Assembly (NCBI GenBank): GCA_949065595.1
Contig: CARSXK010000004.1
Coordinates: 1-56,801 of the forward strand
Length of the DNA stretch: 56,801 nucleotides
Origin: an uncultured Bacilli bacterium
GTDB lineage: Bacteria > Bacillota_I > Bacilli_A > RF39 > UBA660
Direction: 5' to 3'
The notes below the pieces were generated by a model. That model was given only the letters and a program-made list of their open reading frames with translations, did not search any database and was not told the DNA's origin. Within the stretch, counting starts at the first letter, position 1. Every line of letters starts with the position of its first letter. Of the stretch, positions 25,740-34,845 are shown piece by piece. Made by a program: the position numbers and the translations under genes.

Positions 25740-26741
25740 ATGGCGGAAAATAGCCAATCTAGAAAATGGCAACTGACTATAAATAACCCCCAAGAACATG
25801 GAATAACGGACGAGTTTATACGAGAACAATTATTAAAATTTGCCCCCGAATATTATTGTATGGGTCGAGAGATTGGAAACAAGACCAAGACCGAACATAT
25901 ACATCTTTTTATCTATTCTAAATCTCCTATGAGGTTTACAACTATTAAAAATCGTTTCCCTATGGCTCATATAGAAAAAGCATACGGAAGTATTAGAGAT
26001 AATATAGATTATATACAAAAAAAGGGTAAGTGGGAAAATACCGCAAAAGAAGAAACTACCATTGAGGGCAGTTTTGTAGAACATGGAACGGTACCTACCG
26101 AACTAATAGAAAAAGACGCAACTATGGGTAAATTGTTAGAAGATATAAAAGACGGGAAATCTATTATTGAAATTATAGAAGATAATCCACAATTTGCATT
26201 TAAGATTAAAGATATAGAAACTATTAGACAAACTTATCTTAATGAAAGATATTCACGAGAAAATCGTGATTTGATAGTGACATATTTAAGTGGTCCAAGC
26301 GGTGTGGGAAAAACATTTAGTATTTTTAAAAAACATAAAGCAGATAATATTTGCCGTATAACAAGTTATAATTCAAGCCAAGGCGGTATAATTTTTGATA
26401 ATTATGATAGGTCGCAAGATGTACTTGTTTTTGAGGAATTTAGAAGTCAAATAAACCTAGAAAGCATGTTAAATTATTTAGATGTTTACCCACTACGACT
26501 TCCCGCTAGATACAATAATAAAGTGGCATGTTATACGAGGGTTTATATTACATCAAATGTTCCATTTGAAAATCAATATGCGGAATATAAACTGAATTCA
26601 AGAGATTATGCAGTATATAAAGCATGGTGTCGGCGAGTTCATAATATTTATGAAATGGTAAAAGAGCAAGACGGCTCTATAAAAATAATCACACATAAAG
26701 AAACTAAAAAAGAGGAGGAAAAAGTTATTGAAAATAAATAA
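25740..26741 (+). CDS. HUH endonuclease + SF3-helicase Rep protein (CRESS-virus/plasmid Rep-like; probable relaxase/replication initiator)
   Basis: Motif I 'WQLTINNP', motif II 'HIHLFIY', motif III 'YIQKKG', Walker A 'GPSGVGKT', Walker B 'VLVFEEF', motif C 'YITSN'. Confidence 0.8.
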   Translation: MAENSQSRKWQLTINNPQEHGITDEFIREQLLKFAPEYYCMGREIGNKTKTEHIHLFIYSKSPMRFTTIKNRFPMAHIEKAYGSIRDNIDYIQKKGKWENTAKEETTIEGSFVEHGTVPTELIEKDATMGKLLEDIKDGKSIIEIIEDNPQFAFKIKDIETIRQTYLNERYSRENRDLIVTYLSGPSGVGKTFSIFKKHKADNICRITSYNSSQGGIIFDNYDRSQDVLVFEEFRSQINLESMLNYLDVYPLRLPARYNNKVACYTRVYITSNVPFENQYAEYKLNSRDYAVYKAWCRRVHNIYEMVKEQDGSIKIITHKETKKEEEKVIENK

Positions 26742-28245
26742 AATAATTGAAATAAAAGATAAAATTAAAGGTTGGTATTGTAAAAGTAAAATAGTATCTA
26801 TTATTCAATCTATACTTTTAATTACATTTAAGGTTTTAAAATATATAATATGGCAATTATTTTATCATTGGAAGATTGGAGTATTTTTACTAACTATTAT
26901 ATGTTTATATTATTTCAATCAAAATGAAACATTGATAAATAAAGTTTTTGATTTTCATATTTTAAATTTCTATATTGCAAAAGTAATTACTTTATATGAT
27001 TTTCATAAAAATTTACAAATATCACAATATGTTTTAGAAGGTGCAATATTATTATTGATTATGTTATCTTTAATTTTTAGTTTTAGACTAAAGGATCTAA
27101 AACAAAACAAAATTAACAAAATTAAAGTATTGAAAGAAAAAGGTGTTGAATTACCATATTTTACATGGCGAACTAGATTGTGGTTAAACTTAAAAATAGC
27201 AGTATGGTATTGGAATATGAACGGAATAGACCCTAAAGTATTTGAAAGTGATGAGTTTAAAGGTAGTTTTCAGTCGGCATTTAATGTCACATTCATTGAT
27301 AAACAACCCGTAAAAAATAGTAAAAATACAATAAAATTGTTAGTTGCAAGTCGTAGATATAGTTTGCCTAACAAAATTTCAATAGATATACGAGATATAG
27401 ACTATTTTGGTCCTATATTTTTATTAGGGGAAAATTTAATAGGAAAAATAAAAATTGATATAAGTAAAAGACCTCATTTATTAATCGCAGGAGATACAGG
27501 AAGTGGTAAATCGGTGCTAATCGATTCACTTATTTATCAAGCCATGTTAAAAGGCTATGTGATTCGAGCATGTGACCCAAAACAAACTGAATTTAACGGG
27601 TGGCACAATCTTACTATAAGAAATACTAATCTTTTGAATACTGAAATTAAAGCTAGTCAATTTTTAAGAACAATGGATTTAAAAGGAACTTTAGAAGATT
27701 TAAAACTCATAGAAAAAGAATTAAGATTAAGACAAATGATTTTTGCAGATGTAAAATGTAGAAATATAGATAAATACAACAAAAAATTACACCATACAAA
27801 ATCAAGTATTCCTTTAAGTCGTGTAATTTATATTTTTGACGAGTTTGTAGAAATGATAACATCACAAGATAAAAAGACTGTATCGGAAATAGAACGAATA
27901 TTGAAACTCATAGCAACAAGAGGTCGTTCACTTGGTATACATCTTATTTTATCGTCACAAAGACCCGATTGTAATTTACTAGACGGACAAATAAAATCTA
28001 ATCTTTCCAATAGAATATGTGGTAGAATGCCTGATAGGTCGGCATCCGAAACGGCTTTAGGTAAAGGGAATTATGATGCATGTACTTTAATAGGTGAAGA
28101 CGAATTAGGTAAATTTGTTACAAATGACGGTAAATGTTTTAAAGGTTATTTGCTTGATACTGATAAATTAACGGAAGAATTACACGAGCAATATGACAAA
28201 AAAGATACAAGCAATCTAGGAGGAAATAATAATGTTGAGCAATGA
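26728..28245 (+). CDS. FtsK/SpoIIIE-TcpA-like coupling ATPase, membrane anchored
   Basis: N-terminal TM helices, Walker A 'AGDTGSGKS', Walker B 'IYIFDEF', 'GIHLILSSQRP'. Confidence 0.8.
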   Translation: MKINKIIEIKDKIKGWYCKSKIVSIIQSILLITFKVLKYIIWQLFYHWKIGVFLLTIICLYYFNQNETLINKVFDFHILNFYIAKVITLYDFHKNLQISQYVLEGAILLLIMLSLIFSFRLKDLKQNKINKIKVLKEKGVELPYFTWRTRLWLNLKIAVWYWNMNGIDPKVFESDEFKGSFQSAFNVTFIDKQPVKNSKNTIKLLVASRRYSLPNKISIDIRDIDYFGPIFLLGENLIGKIKIDISKRPHLLIAGDTGSGKSVLIDSLIYQAMLKGYVIRACDPKQTEFNGWHNLTIRNTNLLNTEIKASQFLRTMDLKGTLEDLKLIEKELRLRQMIFADVKCRNIDKYNKKLHHTKSSIPLSRVIYIFDEFVEMITSQDKKTVSEIERILKLIATRGRSLGIHLILSSQRPDCNLLDGQIKSNLSNRICGRMPDRSASETALGKGNYDACTLIGEDELGKFVTNDGKCFKGYLLDTDKLTEELHEQYDKKDTSNLGGNNNVEQ

Positions 28246-28375
28246 AAAAAGTACGATTTGCCCCCGTACTTTTGCCCAATATCTTGCATGTATTGATAAA
28301 CCTAGTATAACAAATAACTTTCATATTGACAAGCACCCTATCATACCTTTTATTGAGGGGTTGAAATATGAATAA
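28232..28375 (+). CDS. small ORF (47 aa), hypothetical
   Basis: Not in the ORF track (shorter than 60 aa). AGGAGG sits 8 nt upstream. It overlaps the end of the FtsK-like gene and the start of the next small ORF. Confidence 0.35.
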   Translation: MLSNEKSTICPRTFAQYLACIDKPSITNNFHIDKHPIIPFIEGLKYE

Positions 28376-28493
28376 ATATAAAATTGTAGTATCTAGTGAA
28401 TTTCTAACGGACACAACAACGGACGAGTTTCTATCGCTTTTTAATGATAAATTGGCGACCCTATTTATCTATTATGAACAACAAACAAGTTAA
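28368..28493 (+). CDS. small ORF (41 aa), hypothetical (candidate recombination directionality factor)
   Basis: GAGGGG SD upstream. The 8-nt overlap with the previous small ORF suggests translational coupling. It lies directly upstream of the recombinase. Confidence 0.3.
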   Translation: MNKYKIVVSSEFLTDTTTDEFLSLFNDKLATLFIYYEQQTS

Positions 28494-28510
28494 ATATTAA
28501 ATAAAGGCTG

Positions 28511-28551
28511 AAATAATACAAGTTATAGTGTATAATATACTTGTATTATTT
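28511..28551 (+). terminator. 13-bp perfect hairpin between the small ORFs and the recombinase gene
   Basis: AAATAATACAAGT/ACTTGTATTATTT with a 15-nt loop that contains TATAAT. Confidence 0.45.
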
Positions 28552-28586
28552 TGACCTTAACATGTAATTAAGGAAAGGAATATTAT

Positions 28587-30485
28587 ATGTTAAGTGAACA
28601 AAAAGGCGGTGAAACTTATTCTTATAATAATACAAAATCAAGTTATAGTATTCAAAATGTTTCGTTAGAAGATTATACAAGTTCGGTTGAGTATAAAGCA
28701 ATCAAAGATTTACTTGTAGAAGATAGTCTTATTTATTGTACTGAATTTATAAGAAAACTATTAGATATTAAAAAGCCAAATGATACCACTTGTTTTACTT
28801 GTGGCGAGGGCAATCAAATAGTCTATAAGTTAGGGTATGGAAAAAGGACTTTATTGTATGTTCGATTATCAGTTGAAGATATACAAAGAAAAGATACAAC
28901 GGTTAGTAAAAGTATTTTAAATCAGTTGCTATTGCTACTACAATATTGCAAAGACCATGACCTAGAAGTTGTTGGCATTTTCTATGAGGAAGATATAAGC
29001 GGTGGCGATGAAAGTAGACCCGAGTGGAACAAGTCCTTAACTTTTTGTGAAAGAGGACACACCGACACTTATATTTGCAAAACACAATCACGATTTGCAA
29101 GAGATGTTGAAATGATAGAACGATACTTGCATAAAAGATTTATTGAGTGGAATATTCGTTTTTTAAGTATTGTAGACCATAGCGACACATCACAAAAAGG
29201 AAATAAACTACAAAGACAAATAACCGCAATCGTTGATGAAAATAAAATTGCTGAACAATCAATAAATACTAAAGCAACTTTACGAGGTAAAAATAAGGCG
29301 GGACAATGGACGGGGTCTTTTGCTTGTTATGGCTATATAGAAGACCCAAACGACCAATATCATCTAGTAGTAGACCCACCCGCAGCCCAAGTGGTGCAAA
29401 CAATATATAAAATGTATGCGGAGGGTATGGGGTACTTTAAAATATGTAAGTATCTTAATGAACATAATATACCTACACCAAGTAAATATAAGAAATTACA
29501 AGGGTCAAACTTTGTATGTCCTGTTGCCCCAAATGGTAGCGAGTTTTGGAACATTGATACGGTTGCAAAAATATTGAAAGATGAAACATACGACGGGTTA
29601 TTGATACAAAATAGAACGGAAACAATCTCACATAATATTAAGAAGTCAAGAAAATTGCCAAAGAGTGAGCAAACTATTGTTGCTTGTGCTCATGAAAGAA
29701 TTGTTGACCCTATTATATCAAGAATAGTACGAGATAAATTTGAGGCAAGGGCGAAAAAGTCAAGTGATAGTGATGACACTATACATGCAAGACCTAAACC
29801 CGATAAAAACGGCGAGGTACATATTTTTAGTCAAAAAGTATACTGTGCTCATTGTGGGAAAATTTTTCAAAAGACTAATGCTAAAAGTGGTCCTAGGAAA
29901 AACCCAACAAAGAAAGCATATTTACTATGTAGAACAAAGAAAAGAACTTGTGGAACGGGTTGTGATAATAACTCATCAATTCGTATTGAAGTCTTGGAAC
30001 AAATAGTACTAGACGAAATTAACAAACAAATAGAGAACTACTATAATCAATCTAAATTTGAAAAAAGTTATTATGAGAAGAAAGTAAACACCAATTATGA
30101 AAAAGATATAAAAGCACTAGAGGAAGAAAAGACCACCATTGAAAAGAAAATAAAAGATAATACCAATCGTTTTGCTTTACTTTATGAAGATAGAGCGAAC
30201 GAGATTATAACAACACAAGAATTTATGTTGTTGAAAACAAAATATAATGATGAAATAGAAAGGTTTAATAATCGTGTAAGTGAGATTGATAATACCATAA
30301 TCAATTTACGAAAGAAGAAAGACCAACAAATACACGAGCAAGATATATTTAAACAATATAGACATATTGATAAATTAGATAGACTTGTTGTTGAAACCTT
30401 TATATCAAAAATAATTGTTGGAAAAGTTGATAAAGAAACAAACGAAAGGGCTATAAATATTGTTTGGAATATTTGTAGCACCTAG
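28587..30485 (+). CDS. large serine recombinase (SpoIVCA/TndX-like)
   Basis: Catalytic 'LLYVRLSVEDIQ', recombinase domain, zinc ribbon 'CAHCGK...LLCRTKKRTCGTGC', long coiled-coil tail. The stop codon is 27 nt from the right junction. Confidence 0.9.
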   Translation: MLSEQKGGETYSYNNTKSSYSIQNVSLEDYTSSVEYKAIKDLLVEDSLIYCTEFIRKLLDIKKPNDTTCFTCGEGNQIVYKLGYGKRTLLYVRLSVEDIQRKDTTVSKSILNQLLLLLQYCKDHDLEVVGIFYEEDISGGDESRPEWNKSLTFCERGHTDTYICKTQSRFARDVEMIERYLHKRFIEWNIRFLSIVDHSDTSQKGNKLQRQITAIVDENKIAEQSINTKATLRGKNKAGQWTGSFACYGYIEDPNDQYHLVVDPPAAQVVQTIYKMYAEGMGYFKICKYLNEHNIPTPSKYKKLQGSNFVCPVAPNGSEFWNIDTVAKILKDETYDGLLIQNRTETISHNIKKSRKLPKSEQTIVACAHERIVDPIISRIVRDKFEARAKKSSDSDDTIHARPKPDKNGEVHIFSQKVYCAHCGKIFQKTNAKSGPRKNPTKKAYLLCRTKKRTCGTGCDNNSSIRIEVLEQIVLDEINKQIENYYNQSKFEKSYYEKKVNTNYEKDIKALEEEKTTIEKKIKDNTNRFALLYEDRANEIITTQEFMLLKTKYNDEIERFNNRVSEIDNTIINLRKKKDQQIHEQDIFKQYRHIDKLDRLVVETFISKIIVGKVDKETNERAINIVWNICST

Positions 30486-30503
30486 TTTGGTATAGCAGTA
30501 TCA
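30486..30503. repeat. right terminal inverted repeat arm (TTTGGTATAGCAGTATCA)
   Basis: Its reverse complement matches 21037..21054 at 14 of 18 positions. Confidence 0.7.
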
Positions 30504-30512
30504 AGGGCATGG

Positions 30513-31692
30513 TGGGAGTGATCCAGGCGCTGTTGCAAATGGTGTTCAAGAAAAAGATTTAAACTTGCAAATAGCCCGTTATATGTATGAACAGTTTCAA
30601 AATAGGGGAATTCCTGTAACATTAATTCGTAGCACAGATGAAACCATTAGTCCAACAGAACGTGTTAATAGAATACTTGCTGCCTATGGTGATAACCCTA
30701 ATGTAGTTGTTATTTCCAATCACATTAATGCATCAGGATCAGCAACATCGGGCGCAGAGGGTGCTGAAGTAATCTATGCTTTGAGAAATGATGATACACT
30801 TGCCAAAAATATATTACAGGCGATTGGAAACCAAGGGCAAGTTGTAAGAACCTATTATCAAAGACGATTACCAAGTGATACTTCAAAGGACTACTACTTT
30901 ATTCACAGAAATACAGGTAGTACCCAACCTGTGATTGTAGAATATGGATATATTGACAATCCATCCGATTTAGCACGTATTCAAAATAATTATAAAAAAT
31001 ATGTGGATGCTGTTGTAAATGCAGTTATCGCAACCAAACAAGGGCAAACTATTCCGTCTGCACCAGGAACAGGAACTTCTTATGTGGTGAAACCAGGAGA
31101 TAGTTTATGGAGTATCGCAAATCGCTATAATACTACTGTAAATGCAATTAAAAATATGAATAATCTAACAAGTAATACCCTATCAGTAGGGCAGGTACTA
31201 CAAATACCAACCAGTACATCTACTGGGACAGGAACAACTTATACTGTAAAATCAGGGGATAGTCTATGGAGTATCGCAAATCGTTATAATACTACTGTGG
31301 ATGCGATTAAAAATGCCAATAATTTAACTAGCAATACCTTATCGATTGGGCAAGTACTGCAAATACCAACGAGTACATCTACTGGGACAGGAATAACTTA
31401 TACTGTAAAATCAGGGGATAGTTTATGGAGTATTGCAAATCGTTATAATACTACTGTAAGTGCAATCAAAAGTGCCAACAATTTAACAAGTGACATACTA
31501 TCCATTGGGCAAGTACTACAAATACCAACGAGTACATCTACTGGGGCAGGAACTACTTATACCGTGAAATCAGGAGATAGTTTGTGGAGCATTGCGAATC
31601 GTTATAATACTACTGTCGATGCCATCAAAAAAGCGAGTGGAATTATCAGTAATAATTTAACCATTGGTCAAGTATTAACCATTCCAAATTAG
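30513..31692 (+). pseudogene. 3' portion of the split N-acetylmuramoyl-L-alanine amidase (Amidase_3 + 4 LysM)
   Basis: The frame opens at 30496 and reads 'GHGGSDPGAVANGVQEKDLNLQIARYM...ISNHINAS...EYGYIDN', then four LysM repeats. It has no start or SD of its own (the track uses TTG 30565). Confidence 0.8.
31081..31689 (+). repeat. four tandem ~159-bp LysM-plus-TSTSTGTG-linker coding repeats
   Basis: 'TYTVKSGDSLWSIANRYNTTV.AIK.ANNLTSN.LSIGQVLQIP' occurs four times with near-identical DNA. Confidence 0.9.
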
Positions 31693-31776
31693 AAACGGAT
31701 TTTTACCCGTTTTTTTGGTATTTATATTACGTTGTAAAATCAATGTTTTTAGTATATAATGAGACTGGTGATTCTT

Positions 31777-32754
31777 ATGTGGAAGATAGGCGATGTGGTA
31801 ATTCAAAATAAGATAGTGCTTGCCCCTATGGCAGGTATTTCTAATAGTGCTTATCGGACACTTATCAAAGAAATGGGCTGTGGTTTAATTTATGCAGAAA
31901 TGGTAAGTGATAAAGCCATAGAATATGGAAATCAGAAAACCATTGATATGCTATATATGACGGATTGTGAACGTCCTATTGCTCAACAAATATTTGGGTC
32001 TGACAAGGCATCCTTTGTAAAAGCTGCTAAATATATATACGAAACCATGCATCCTGATATCATTGATATTAATATGGGATGTCCAGTTCCTAAAGTTGCT
32101 CTACGTGCACAGGCAGGTAGTGCTTTATTAAAAGATAGTGAAAAAGTATTTGAGATTGTAGAAAGTGTAGTCAAAGCGGTTCCAATTCCTGTTACTGTAA
32201 AAATAAGAAGTGGTTGGGATCAAAATCATATCAATGCTGTTCAAATTGCGCAGGTAGTCGAAAAAGCGGGTGCCAAGGCCATCGCGATTCATGCGAGAAC
32301 AAGAAGTCAAGGCTATAGTGGAAAAGCTGATTGGAATCTGATTAAAGCGGTAAAAGAAAGTGTGCAAATTCCAGTGATTGGAAATGGAGACATTCTATCT
32401 TGCTATGATGCACAACGCATGTTAGAAGAAACTGGTTGTGACGCCGTTATGATAGGAAGAGGTGTTCTTGGGAATCCATGGTTGATTCGAGATTGTGTCA
32501 ATTATTTAGAAAAGGGCGAAAAACCTACTGTTGTTTCTTCCAAAGAAAAAATAAAGATGATGTTGAAGCACTTCGAGCTTTTGCTTGCAACCAAATCGGA
32601 GAAAGTAGCGGTGCTGGAAATGCGCAGTCATATAGCTTGGTATTTAAAAGGAATTTCGGGGACCAACGAACTGAAAAATCAAATGTTTAAAACAAAAACA
32701 GCAGAGGAGTTGAAAGAACAATTGATGCAATTTCAACAAACCATAGAAAAATAA
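31777..32754 (+). CDS. dusB: tRNA-dihydrouridine synthase
   Basis: 'LAPMAGISNSAYR', 'DINMGCP', 'HARTR'. ATG 31777 is preferred because the upstream ATG lies within the TATAAT box. Confidence 0.85.
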   Translation: MWKIGDVVIQNKIVLAPMAGISNSAYRTLIKEMGCGLIYAEMVSDKAIEYGNQKTIDMLYMTDCERPIAQQIFGSDKASFVKAAKYIYETMHPDIIDINMGCPVPKVALRAQAGSALLKDSEKVFEIVESVVKAVPIPVTVKIRSGWDQNHINAVQIAQVVEKAGAKAIAIHARTRSQGYSGKADWNLIKAVKESVQIPVIGNGDILSCYDAQRMLEETGCDAVMIGRGVLGNPWLIRDCVNYLEKGEKPTVVSSKEKIKMMLKHFELLLATKSEKVAVLEMRSHIAWYLKGISGTNELKNQMFKTKTAEELKEQLMQFQQTIEK

Positions 32755-32818
32755 TGGATTTTCCTTTCCTATCATGATACAATAAAGAAAATTCATATTA
32801 AAAATAAGAGGTGAAATT

Positions 32819-34297
32819 ATGCGAGAATTATCAGAACAAGAGCAAGTCAGAAGAGAAAAAGTAGAAAGTATAAGAGAATTTTGTAATCCTTATCCAGAAC
32901 GATATGAAGTAACACATACGTTAAAAGAAGCAGGTACACTTCCAGACGGAATTACAGATGTTTCCATTGCAGGAAGAATTATTTTTATGCGTAAAATGGG
33001 GAAATTAAGTTTCATTCGGATTCGTGATTTAGAAGGCGATATGCAACTGGAATTTAAAATTGATGTAATAGGAGAGGAACACTATAATTTCTTTAAGAAA
33101 CAAATTGATGCTGGAGATTTTATTGGTGCGAAAGGGGAAATTTTTACCACACAAACGGGTGAAAAAACATTACGAGTACAAAGTTTTACATTTTTAGGTA
33201 AGGCCTTAAGACCACTTCCAGAAAAGTTCCATGGACTTGTTGATACAGAATTAAAATATCGTCAGAGATATGTAGATTTAATCATGAATGAAGAAAGTAG
33301 AAAAGTCTTTTTAGGCAGGAGTAAATTTTATAATTTTTTACATCGTTATTTAGCAGAACATGGCTTTTTGCAAGTTGAAACACCAATTATTCAAACAGCG
33401 GTATGTGGAGCAAGTGCCAAACCTTTTTACACACACCACAATGCTTTAGATTTGGACTGTAATTTAAGAATTGCGCCAGAAACTTATTTAAAGCAGTGTA
33501 TTGCAGCTGGCTTCAATCGTGTTTATGAAGTAGCTAAATGTTTTCGAAATGAGGGGATGGACTGTGAACATCTCCAAGAATTTACCCAAGTAGAATGGTA
33601 CGCATCTTTTTGGAACTATGAAGATAATATAAAATTCTATACAGGATTTATCAAATCTCTATTAATGGAACTAACTGGTACTACGCAAATAGAATATCAA
33701 GGTCGTACACTGGATTTTGGAAAAGAAAGTTGGGATCGTATTAATTACTGTGAAACTATGGAACAGGTCCTTGGCTTTGATTTTTTATCCATTGAAGAAC
33801 CTCAAGAATTGAAAGAGAAAATTATTGCTTCAGGTTTATTTACAGAAGGAGATTTAGCAGACTATAAATCATTAAGTCAAATTATTGATTTTGTATATAA
33901 GAAAAAAATTCGTGTCAATATTATGAATCCTACCATTATTTATAATTATCCTAGCGTTTTGATTCCACTTGCTAGAAGAAATGATACAGATGACAGAAGA
34001 ATTGATGTATTTCAAGTGGTTGCAGCTGGGACTGAGTTATGTAAAGCATATTCAGAACTTGTCAATCCAATGGAACAACGTGCAGCTTTTGAAGGTCAAT
34101 TAAAAGCAAAATCACAAGGTGATGATGAAACTATGGAGATGGATGAAGACTTTTTACTTGCGATGGAGCAAGGTATGCCCCCTATTTCGGGTCTTGGTTT
34201 TGGAATTGACCGTTTGATGATGTTAATTTATGATGTAGCGTCTGTTAGAGATGTTGTATTATTTCCAATGATGAAACCAGTAGAAAAGGAAAACTAA
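32819..34297 (+). CDS. lysS: lysine--tRNA ligase (class II)
   Basis: OB-fold N-terminus, 'FLQVETP', 'CFRNEG', 'GLGFGIDRLMM'. Confidence 0.95.
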   Translation: MRELSEQEQVRREKVESIREFCNPYPERYEVTHTLKEAGTLPDGITDVSIAGRIIFMRKMGKLSFIRIRDLEGDMQLEFKIDVIGEEHYNFFKKQIDAGDFIGAKGEIFTTQTGEKTLRVQSFTFLGKALRPLPEKFHGLVDTELKYRQRYVDLIMNEESRKVFLGRSKFYNFLHRYLAEHGFLQVETPIIQTAVCGASAKPFYTHHNALDLDCNLRIAPETYLKQCIAAGFNRVYEVAKCFRNEGMDCEHLQEFTQVEWYASFWNYEDNIKFYTGFIKSLLMELTGTTQIEYQGRTLDFGKESWDRINYCETMEQVLGFDFLSIEEPQELKEKIIASGLFTEGDLADYKSLSQIIDFVYKKKIRVNIMNPTIIYNYPSVLIPLARRNDTDDRRIDVFQVVAAGTELCKAYSELVNPMEQRAAFEGQLKAKSQGDDETMEMDEDFLLAMEQGMPPISGLGFGIDRLMMLIYDVASVRDVVLFPMMKPVEKEN

Positions 34298-34830
34298 TGT
34301 ATTTGGCAGTTGTAAGACATGGAGAAACCGTTCGTAATATTGTTGGATTGGTACAAGGGGATACGGAATCGCTGCTTTCTGAAAAGGGAAAGGAGCAGGC
34401 AAGACAAGTAAAAGAAAAATTAGGTAATCAAACATTTGACATGGTATTTTCTTCTCCCTTATCTAGAGCATATCAAACAGCTGAAATTATTATGAATGGA
34501 ACGTTACCAATTATAATAGATGAAAGGCTCAATGAACGAGATTATGGTGACTTTGAAGGTCATACAAGAGAAGAGTTTGATTATATCGGTTATTGGAATT
34601 TTGATTATAATTTGAAAGAAAATCATGGTGAGAGTGTTCAACATCTTTGTATGCGTGTGGATGATTTTTTAAGAGATATAAAAGAAAAATATGGAGATAA
34701 AAAAGTGCTTGTTGTAACACATAGTGGAGTTGCACGCGCAATTTACTACTGTATTCATGGAATTCCAGATGATGGAGATATGAGTATTGTCGACATTCCT
34801 AATTGTACAATTATGGAATATCATATATAG
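34297..34830 (+). CDS. histidine phosphatase family protein (GpmB/CobC-like)
   Basis: 'VVRHGET' RHG motif and 'THSGVARA'. The start overlaps the lysS stop (TAATG). Confidence 0.8.
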   Translation: MYLAVVRHGETVRNIVGLVQGDTESLLSEKGKEQARQVKEKLGNQTFDMVFSSPLSRAYQTAEIIMNGTLPIIIDERLNERDYGDFEGHTREEFDYIGYWNFDYNLKENHGESVQHLCMRVDDFLRDIKEKYGDKKVLVVTHSGVARAIYYCIHGIPDDGDMSIVDIPNCTIMEYHI

Positions 34831-34845
34831 TGAAAGGGTGGAGTT

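Larger units (their letters stand above)
21036..30512 (+). mobile_element. ~9.48-kb integrative (probably mobilizable) element with a large serine recombinase, inserted in the amidase gene
   Basis: CATGG at both junctions (21031..21035 and 30508..30512). Terminal imperfect inverted repeats. Encodes recombinase, HUH-SF3 Rep, FtsK-like ATPase and cargo. No capsid, terminase or T4SS genes. Confidence 0.85.

Noticed and set aside
21036-30512. The possibility that the inserted element is a prophage or a full conjugative element.
   Set aside because: It has no terminase, portal, capsid, tail or lysis genes, and no VirB4/VirD4-type T4SS set. Its 9.5 kb with Rep, a coupling ATPase and a recombinase fits a mobilizable element better.
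32755-32818. Possible T-box leader upstream of lysS.
   Set aside because: The intergenic region is only about 64 nt, far too short for a T-box riboswitch, and it has no terminator or antiterminator.
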